NCBI RefSeq assembly: GCF_000315625.1
Contig: NW_005434411.1
Coordinates: 1-41,285 of the forward strand
DNA: 41,285 nucleotides
Source of the DNA: Guillardia theta CCMP2712
Taxonomy: Eukaryota > Protista > Cryptophyta
Reading direction: 5' to 3'
A model generated the notes under the pieces. It was given only the letters and a program-made list of their open reading frames with translations, had not been told where the DNA came from and did not search any database. The position numbers and the translations under genes were made by a program. Shown in pieces: positions 32,669-41,285 of this stretch. The number at the start of each line of letters is the position of its first letter. Positions within the stretch are counted from its first letter, which is position 1.

Positions 32669-35600
32669 ATGTCTTTCAACCTGTCGCAAGCCCTGTGGCT
32701 CCTTGCGCTTGGAGTTGTTGGAGTGCTGTCAGCAGCTGCCTCACTTGACCCCGAGGCGACCATCTACATCACATCCAAACAAGATGCCCCTGCCTCCTCA
32801 AGCAGCCGCAGACTCCTGAGCTCAAGCCAGATTGACTTTGTGCTCTCCCTCACCTTCGACCCGATCCTCGTGGGCTCGTACACGTCCATGAAGCTGCAGG
32901 TCACCAGCATGGTCGACATCCATCAGCTCGACAACATCGCCATCACTCTGCCGGGTCTGCTGGTTGCCTGCTGGAGCCATGGAGCCTCACTGCTATGCAG
33001 GTTTCTCCGTGGACAGCGACGTGCAGCCTGATCCCACAGCGCTGGTGACAAGGTGAGGCAGAGGAGAGGAGATGTGAGCTGATGCTTGCGATAGGGGAGG
33101 GACATTGGGGTGGACGGCTTCTTGGGAAGCGACGCAGCAAGTGATGAAGTTCACTTATGTCATGCCGACAAGCATTCCTGCCCTTCATATCACAAACCTC
33201 TCACTTCCCCTCTCTTCGGGCCTGAGGACTCCACCAGATGGTCCCTGCCCGATCATCACCTGTGACGCATCTGAGATGATGCGACAGGGATGAGCAACTT
33301 CATGGAGAACGTGAAGATCGTCTTCAACTTGCGAGATCTCAACAACTCGCTGCAAGTTTTCAAGAATTTCTCCTTCGTCAAGTTTGCGGGCATTTCGCTC
33401 TCCTTCTCCCCCTGCGGGAGACTTGCTCACAGCATTGCAGCGGGTGAGGCCCGTCACGTGCTTCACTCCTGGTCACTTTATCTTGCCAGGCTGCGCGACC
33501 CTCGACTTGAAAGTGACGATCAACCAGAAGCTGCAGAGCGATGACGTCATCTACCTCCGTCTCTTGGACTTCTCCTCCTCCTCGGGTGACATCATCAACG
33601 GCTCGGTGGTCAGCAAGCGTGCTGGGGCCCCTCTAGGACGATCGTTCTCGCCCATCAGGCGCGCGAGTTGGAGTCAGGTTGTGAGACTGAGGCTGCTGCT
33701 GCTGCTCTCGTTCACTGTTGGCAGTTGGACGGGCTGCTAATGATCCACGTGGACGAGACGATAGTGAGCAATGAGGCGATCGAAGTGTTTGTGCCTTCCA
33801 CGTTCGGCCTCAGGTGATGGAGCTCGCTCCTCTCTGAGATTTCTTGTGACTCAGGCACTCACTTGTACTCGCACCTCCTCCTCCTCCTCCTCCTCCTCCT
33901 CCTCCTCTTCTACTGCTATGTTCCTTCTGCTTCTGCTTCTACTGCTGCTGCTGCTTCTGCTTGTACGTCTTCTACTTCTATGTATATACTCTGCAGGTTT
34001 CCCTTGCAAGGCGTGACGCCAGGCATGTGGCAAGCAAGGCTTGGTCTCTCTGCGTCTTGGGGAAACGTCGGGCTCTTCAACTTCGAGAGTTGCTTGCATG
34101 TGAACCCCCTCCTCCCTCCTCCCTCCTCCCTCCTCCTCCTCCTCCTCCGCCGCCCTCCTCCCTCCGCCCTCCTCCCTCCTCTTCACCCACATCCCTTCAT
34201 CTCTTCGTCCATTCTTGTTTTCTTTCATGCAAGTGAAGTTGAAGACGCAGGTCCCTCGGTCGGTCCTCGAGTTCTCCCGGCCGGTGCTGCGAGAGGACAC
34301 GAGCGTCACGTTTGGCGTCACGTTGAGCTTCGACTTGTACCCGAGCGATGACATCATCCTTGAGCTTCCTCTGCTGCCTCAGCCGCCGCTCAACCAATCC
34401 GTCGACCTCACCGAGTACCTCTCCGTCTTCCATGGCGAGCAGAAGCTCTCCTCGACCTTCTCGGCTCTCTTCTCTCCTTCCAGCTCCCTTGCTCTCCAGG
34501 TGGAGCCCAGCAGAGTCTGTCAGGACGTCAACACCAGCAGCTTCTCGATTGTTCCCTCGGGTCTGCGGTGCTCCGGGTACGAGACGACCTGCTGCGTAAC
34601 CTCCTCGTGGGTCAACGCGACTCAAGGCTCTCGGCTTACCCTGCGCTCTTCTCGCCTCCTCCCTCAGGGTTCTCCGCTTCTCTTCCTTGTCAACCGATCC
34701 TTCCTCCTCCCTCCTGCTCCCATCCCACCCAAGCTCGAGAGCTTCAGTATGGACTTCTCCTCTCAGCTATGGAGCGGACTGCGTCCTCCACCCTTCGGCC
34801 CGTCCTCGGCTGTTCCCGTCGAGGTCTTGCAGTCGGTAGGAGACGCCCCCCTCTTCCACCTGGACTTCGCTCCTCGAGTCGCCTCCTCCTCCTCCTCCCT
34901 CTTCATCCAGGTTAAAACTTCCTCGCTCCTGCTGCCAGGCGAACGTGTCCTCCTCCTCCTCTCAGGCTTTGCAACCAACAGCACATGCGAACTTGACGTC
35001 ACGGCCAACGTTTCCAGCAGCGTCAAGTTGAGGACTGCGAGCTGGTCGTGCACAGACGAGACGCTCTTGTTGGAGTTTGCGGTGCCTGTTGCTGCTGGAA
35101 TTCAGTTGGACGTCAACGTGAGCCGGCTTGAAGAGCTTCGCATCCCTGCCTCTGGCGTGGCGCTAAACAGCCCGGAGCTGCGCCTGAGCGTGCAAGCGAT
35201 GTGCGGGGCTGTGACAGCTCGCGTCGTTCAGTGCGTTGGCGTTGGAGTGGTGGAAAAGTCGGAAGTGACTTTCACCCCCCCGGCTCGAGCTGGGGAGGTG
35301 GCAGGAGTCCAGCTGTCACTGAGCTACCAGTCACCCCTGTCACCGCAAGACGTTGTCATCTTCCGGCTCTTCGGCTTTTCTCTTGCCCCGCAAACCCCCG
35401 GCGACAACTTGACCTGCGTCAACTCGAGTCAGACAGTCGCCAGCGAGTCTGCGCGAGTCGGAGGAGAGGAGAGGAGCCTTGTCCTGCCCGGGTGGTACCT
35501 GACGATGGCGCTTTCAGAGGAAGGAACCGCTCTCCTCCTCCTCCTCAGTCCCAATTCTACCATTCCTGCTCTCGAGCTCATTCAGCTTCAAGTCCCTCTC

Positions 35601-37965
35601 TGTGCTGGGGTGCAGCTGCCGGGGGAGGGAGTGCTTGCAAGCACGAGGATTGAGATGATGATCGACTCGTCGGTGAGGTCAGTCAGCTGGATACCCTCCT
35701 CCTTCCCGCTCATCGGCAAGTGCGACCTGACGATGGACATTCTGTTCCCCTCCGCGGGTCAAGTCTCTCCCCTTGCCTTTCGCTTCTCTTGCTCCATGCC
35801 CATCGCACGGGGGGAAAGCCTCTCAATCCGCCTCCCGTCCTTCTTCCTCCTCAACGTCTCCAACAGTTCTCTCCTAGACTTGACCGCAAACCTGCTCGCG
35901 GGTAACTTCAGCTGGAATATCTCCTGGAGTAGCCCGACCTTGATCATTACTGCCAACCATCTTATCCCTCCCTATCAGCTCGAGTCACTTCTCCTCTCTT
36001 CATCAGCAGGTTATCTTCTTTCTACTAATATTCCCTCCTCCTCCTTCCTCCCTCCGCCCTCCTCCCTCCGCCCTCTTTCCTTCTCCCACACCCTCCTCCT
36101 CTCATTTGCCATGCCCAGGTCTTCATCTTCCGCCTCAAGGCGTGCAGGCACGTTCTCCTCTCCTCACCTTCTCCAGCGACGCACAGGCAGGCGCCATCGC
36201 TGAGACGGGAGGCTGGAGCCCTGGCCTCGGAGCTTTCCTTCTCTCCTACGTAGGGGTATCACCGGCGCGGGCAGGGAGCAACGCGGAGGTGGTGATGCTG
36301 TGGGAACTCAGTGCGGACGTGCTGGAGGGAGAGGACGTTGTGGTTGACCTGCGGGAGATGCTCGGGGGGCAGCTGGTGGGAGAGCTGAGCGTATCAAGCA
36401 AGACAGGAAGTGAAGCTCAAACGCTGCTGGCAGAGTTTGGGATGGAAAATTTGAGGAGCGATGAGAACGTGTTCTTCGACCTGCTCTACCAGAACAACAT
36501 TTCCTTCTTGTCTTCCATCTCCTCCTCCTCCTCCTCCTCCTCCTTTCATGTGACAGCGGTCGATAACAATATCGTACGTCTTACCGCTCAACAACTCATC
36601 GTCGCGAACACAACTGTTCTCCTCTCCCTCTCCTCATCTTCCATCCTCCTTGCAGCCTGCGGACTTCCGACAGGTTTTGATGGATTGTTGTTCCCCGAGG
36701 ACTTTAATCTTCATGACAGGTAGCAAGGTGACGATCGAGTCGAGAGCCTCGCAGGGCCTGGCAGCTCCTCATCTCTTCGCTCACATCATCGCCTTCGGCA
36801 GCTTCGCCATCGCGAGGTTTGACCTTTCCTCTCCCCTCTCCCCTCTCCCCTCTCCTCAACTTTCTAGGCTGACGAGGGTCAAGGATGCTGGTGGAGAGGA
36901 AGGAAGCGGATCCGTTTAACATGCAGAAGCTCAAGCTTGACCTCAAGACGTGCATGGACGTCGAGGTGAACGAACAGCTCGACCTTCTTCTCCCAGGCTT
37001 CCAGCAGCAGGTACACCAGCTGCCAGCTCCTCGTGCCTCACCGTCAGCTCAGGGAGTCTTCAACTTGACCAACAACTACATCTCCTTCTCTTGGGACCCT
37101 TCACAACAGAAGCTCAACGGAATCCTCAAAGTCAAGCTCATGTAATCTTCTCCTTCCTTGTCTCCATCATCCTCAACCTTCTTCCTTCTCTCCTCCCTTC
37201 CTATCCTTTTCCTTTTCATCGTCGTCGTCCTCCCCATCCCCTCTATTATTCTTACCCACCTCTTATTCATCTCTCATCTCTCCCTCCTCTCCCTCGCCTC
37301 GTCCTCCGCTCACTGACTCCACTTCTCACGCCTTCTAGCTCCCACCCTCCCCCCTCCTCCCTCCCCCNNNNNNNNNNNNNNNNNNNNNNNNNNNNNNNNN
37401 NNNNNNNNNNNNNNNNNNNNNNNNNNNNNNNNNNNNNNNNNNNNNNNNNNNNNNNNNNNNNNNNNNNTCCGACCGCCCCACTAACCCTCCCTCCTCCCTC
37501 CCCTCCCCTCCCTTCCTCCCTCCCCCTCCCTTCCTCCCCTCCCCTCCTCCTTCGTTCTTGCCTGACGTAGAGCAGGCAGCATAACCTCCGACAGCAGCAA
37601 CTTGGTCATCTCGACCAACGCGCAGGCAGGACGAGTGCTGGGTGAGGCGAGGGGGAGGAGAGGAGGAGGGAAGGGCTAAGATCGAGCAGGAGAGAGGCTG
37701 GGGCTGTCTGAGCTGCTGCCTGCGGTCTGCGACAACACGTGCGGAGGTTTGCTGGTCTCTCGTCCCCTCGTCTTTCCTCCTCTCAACCCCAACGACCTCC
37801 GGCAACTCCCGCGGTGCTGCCACTCAGTCTCTTACCGCCCTCTCACTCCCCTTCATAGGCCCCCGCCCCTCCCCGCTGGCTGCACGACTATCGCTGAGGC
37901 CAAGCAAGACACGTGCGGCTGCTTGTGACATAGATGAAGTCTCTTACGCCTCGTTCTCCTCCTAG
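32669..37965 (+). CDS. Large secreted protein made of at least 8 divergent beta-rich repeats; spans the assembly gap, 3' end tentative
   Basis: Signal peptide MSFNLSQALWLLALGVVGVLSAAA; recurring unit pattern hxFxPxxAGxxxxhxhxh...hxxxDxhxhxLPGF...SW; 662-codon ORF 34215-36203; flanking GT-AG exons. Confidence 0.75.
37368..37467. other. Assembly gap (100 N) in a pyrimidine-rich intron
   Basis: N run flanked by CT-rich low-complexity sequence. Confidence 0.99.
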
Positions 37966-38009
37966 CCCCTTCAACTTCACCCTCCCGTCTCCCCTCGCAC
38001 TCTTTCCTT

Positions 38010-38930
38010 CTACTTGGAGCCACAGTAGCAGCAATGCGGTAGTGATGAGCATGCGGGGATGGCAGGCATGGTGATGCAATCGACACCACCACAAGCACAA
38101 GCACAAGCACAAGCACAAGCACAAGCACAAGCAGAGCATGAGCAGGGTGGGCCGAGAGGAGCAGGAGGAGTAGGAGGAGGGGCAGAAGCCGGGGTAGAAA
38201 CAGGGGCCTCTAGGAGACCTCCCTTGTCGGTCAACAGCGTGAGGCAACTGGCAAGGCCTATGCCACTCCGCAAGCATTGCGGGGGGTCAGCGTGAGCATC
38301 GTAGAAGAACAAAGCAATGATCATGGTAGAACCAGGCATTGATTATCATAGTGGTGTTGTTGAACATCTCACTGTACAGCGAGTAAGACAAGAAGGACCC
38401 TTCGATGCGGGAGGCAAGCTGCTTCATTTCATGAAAAAGCATCTTTGTTCTTTGTGAGGTTGCATGAGACATGGTCAAAGACCATCAGCCTTGCTGCCAT
38501 CCACACCTGCAGCATCCGTGGCTTGACGTTGAGATCATGGGCACCATAGCTGACTTGAAGGCCGCGAAGGGCTGCTGGAGGGCGAGACGGCAGCGACTTA
38601 GAAGGGAGAGCAAACACTCGAGGTAGATGGATGATGCTTCAATGATCTTGAGCTTCCAATAGTACAAGCAGCTCATGTCGAGCCACCTTGACTCCTTTCA
38701 GCTCCACAGGCTCAACGACAGGATTTGAGAGAAGATCAGCCACAAGCACATTCACGAGCACTTCCTCCCCTCCCCTCCTTCCTCCCCTCCCCCTCGTCCT
38801 CCTCGTCCTCCTCCCTGTCGACGTCGTCGTCCTTCTCCTCCTCCTCCTCTGCCTGACCACTAGATGGATCGTCGGAGGGTTCTCCCGATTTCAGATGTAC
38901 CGGTACTTTACACTTGGATTACCCTGCATG
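38010..38930 (-). CDS. Possible multi-exon hypothetical gene, head-to-head with the eIF4E gene
   Basis: Protein-like segments (EVLVNVLVADLLSNPVVEPVELKGVK, ALRGLQVSYGAHDLNVKPRMLQ, HEMKQLASRIEGSFLSYSLYSEMF) separated by plausible GT-AG introns. Start and stop not resolved. Confidence 0.35.
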
Positions 38931-38952
38931 GGTGGGTAGGGTGGTGCCGAAG

Positions 38953-40575
38953 ATGAAGTCAGGAGGGGAGCGGCGACATGCGCTGCGATACGCATACAGG
39001 TGAAGGAGAAGAGGCGAAAATGAAGGGAAGCATGGGGGAGAGAGGCGGGAGAGCGAGAGCAGGAAAAGACAATGAGAGCGGGGGCGAAGAGGAGGAGGGG
39101 AAGAGGGAGGAGGTGGAGGAGGAGAGCTGGTGTGTGGGCTGGAGAGAGTCATCAGAAGGTTGCTGATCAAGGAGTGGATAGGTTTCATTTCCTGCAAGAC
39201 AACGAGGACGAAGAAGGTCACATCCACGACAAGACTGCTGACGACTTGACCTCCACCGGAAGTTTCGACAGCGTGGAGGCCTTCTGGTCCTACTTCCATC
39301 ACCTCGTCCGCCCCTCGGATCTGCCCAACAAGCACGACTGGTGCATGTTCAAGTGTGGGATCCTGCCGTTCAGTCACCACCCAGACAATGTGGGAGGAGG
39401 GAAATGGACGGTGAGAATGAGTGGAAGAGGAGAGAGGAGGTTGACGATGCGTTGAAGCTGAGGCTCAAGAAGACCCTCAACATCAACAGAGTGTGGGAAG
39501 ATATCATGCTCGGAGTGCTTGGAGGAGTAGACAACGTCGATGAGTACATGTGAGATGAAAGATGGAGATTGGGGAGTAGAGGGTGTGGGAGAGGCGGAGC
39601 GAGGGAGAGGGAAAAAGGGGGGGGCGGGGAAGGAGGGAGAAAGGGAGGAGGAGGGAGAAGACGGAGGTGCAAAGTTGATCCTGCAAACAGAAATGGAGTA
39701 GTGATCTCATCAAGGCATGATGAAGACATTATCTCGGTGTGGACCAACCACAGGTGAAGCAGCCGCTAGCTTCTCTTTGCTCCGATGACTCTGAATGTGT
39801 CTTGACGGGCAAACAACAGAAATCGCGGGAAAACCATTCACATTCGACTAGTGCTCATGAGGCTGTTGGCATACACCAAACAGGTGCTTGCAGCCTGCTT
39901 GTCTTGTCTCTCTCCATCTGACGCTGCTTGTCTTGTTGTCTCTCTTCGTCTGACGTCGCCCCGTCGCTCACTCACAGACTTGGGAGTTCAAGAGGTTTTC
40001 ACACGTGAACGGGACGACGGAGACCCTGAGATACTCCTTGGCTGACCTACAGCAAGTTCGTTCTTCTCCTCCTCACTCCCTCTTCCCCTCCCCCCTTTGC
40101 TCCGATCTCCATCTCCGCCCCGTGTCTTTCCCCTTGTGCCCCTTCCATCCACTCCACTTGTCTTGCATCTCCTCGTGCTCGCTGACTCTCCTCAAACACT
40201 CACGTCTGCTTCTGCTTCTCTCCCCTCACCTTGATCGTTACAGTTGAACTCTCCCGCTCGTGACCCTCCCATCTACGTGTGGGAGAGCTACGAGGTCTAC
40301 CAGGAGCTCAAGATCGGTAGACTCCTCCTGCTCCTGCTCCTTCCTTCGCCTACTCAACTGTCCTCTTCCCCATCTCGCAGATTCGCTACAGGGCACAGAT
40401 TGACCTGGAAGCAGGTGCACAGGGAAGAGACCGTAGGAGAGTGGAGGATCAGGAAGACTCGAAGAACGGGGATGGAGGGCGAGGGATGAGAGAAGAGGAG
40501 GACGAAGAAGAGAATGCGGCGACGGGAAACGTGTCCATGTCGATGAAGGCGCAAGAGAAGGAAACGAAGACCTGA
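38953..40575 (+). CDS. Divergent eIF4E-family protein, class II (4EHP/nCBP)-like, with a C-terminal extension; stop at 40403 or 40575 depending on the last splice
   Basis: MKSGGERRHALRYAYR|FHFLQ (intron 39000-39181; cf. HPLQYNYTFWY), FDSVEAFWSYFHHLVRPSDLP, MFKCGILP...NVGGGKWT|LRLKK...RVWEDIMLGVLG, NGVVISSRHDEDIISVWT. Confidence 0.9.
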
Positions 40576-41187
40576 TTGAATGGCTCGCATGAAAGCAATG
40601 AGCTCGAGGGAAGGGAAACAGAGTTGGGGAGCAGGGGGGGATTAAACTTGTTCATATCTACAAATCGAGTCGATCAGGAGCTTCTGAGCAGGCGATCTTC
40701 CAAGCTGAGGTGAGCAGGTCAGTGCTGGAGTTGAGCTGAGGAGGGTGACCTGTAGTATTCGGCGAGGAGGCGGTAGATGTAGGAGGGGTTGTGACCTCCT
40801 GCGTTGGTGATGAAGAGAGAAACTAACTCTGAGCAAACGTGAGCCGAATACCTCATGCTGAACCTCACGACCCATCATGTCATGTCATGTCATGTCACCG
40901 TTCAAACCTCACCACGTACATCAGATCACCTTATACCATTTTTCCTGTACCACATAGAGCACATCTCGCTTCCTCGCATTGTATCAAATCACTTCATCTC
41001 AACCAGCAACTACACAAAGCAGAGGCATATCATCTCTGATCGTATCCTACCCATCCTCCCTCATCCTTCACCTCCTCTCTCCCCATCACTGGCATCAACA
41101 TCACCGGGAGGAACATAGTCTGAGGTAGGATTTAACACCCTCACGATCCGCGGAATCGCCTCGTCCCCTGTTAACCCGTCAAAACTC

Positions 41188-41225
<38 letters not shown>

Positions 41226-41285
41226 CCACCCCCTCCCCTCCCCCTCCCCTCCTCCGCCCCTCCCCTCCCCTCCCTTCCCCTTCCA
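41188..41285 (+). repeat. (CA)n followed by a (CCCCT)n-like tract at the window end
   Basis: Directly visible. Confidence 0.9.

Overview
Eukaryotic nuclear DNA with densely packed genes, many short (~45-55 nt) GT-AG introns often swollen by microsatellites, and one 100-N assembly gap (37368-37467). Bipartite signal+transit presequences and a starch-type glucan phosphatase suggest an alga with a complex red plastid, most likely a cryptophyte such as Guillardia theta (inference). Most short ORFs in the track are artefacts of introns and microsatellites; the gene models here were spliced by hand. Left to right: 3' end of a coiled-coil/PDZ gene; a 3xCBM20 laforin/SEX4-like glucan phosphatase; tRNA-Met(CAT); a pepsin-like aspartic protease; a plastid-targeted atypical SDR; a PAQR membrane protein; a very large polyQ + RIN13-like Cys/His + bacterial-SWIM-like protein; a signal-peptide STI1 protein; a small ORF bracketed by inverted GC-rich repeats; an unknown helical protein; a TPR protein; a giant secreted repeat protein; and a class II eIF4E that has lost its cap-binding residues. 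Best leads: the cap-blind eIF4E with a possible built-in 4E-binding motif, the RIN13/SWIM chimera, the inverted repeats that diverge almost only by short-word insertions, and the compartment-targeted phosphatase and protease.
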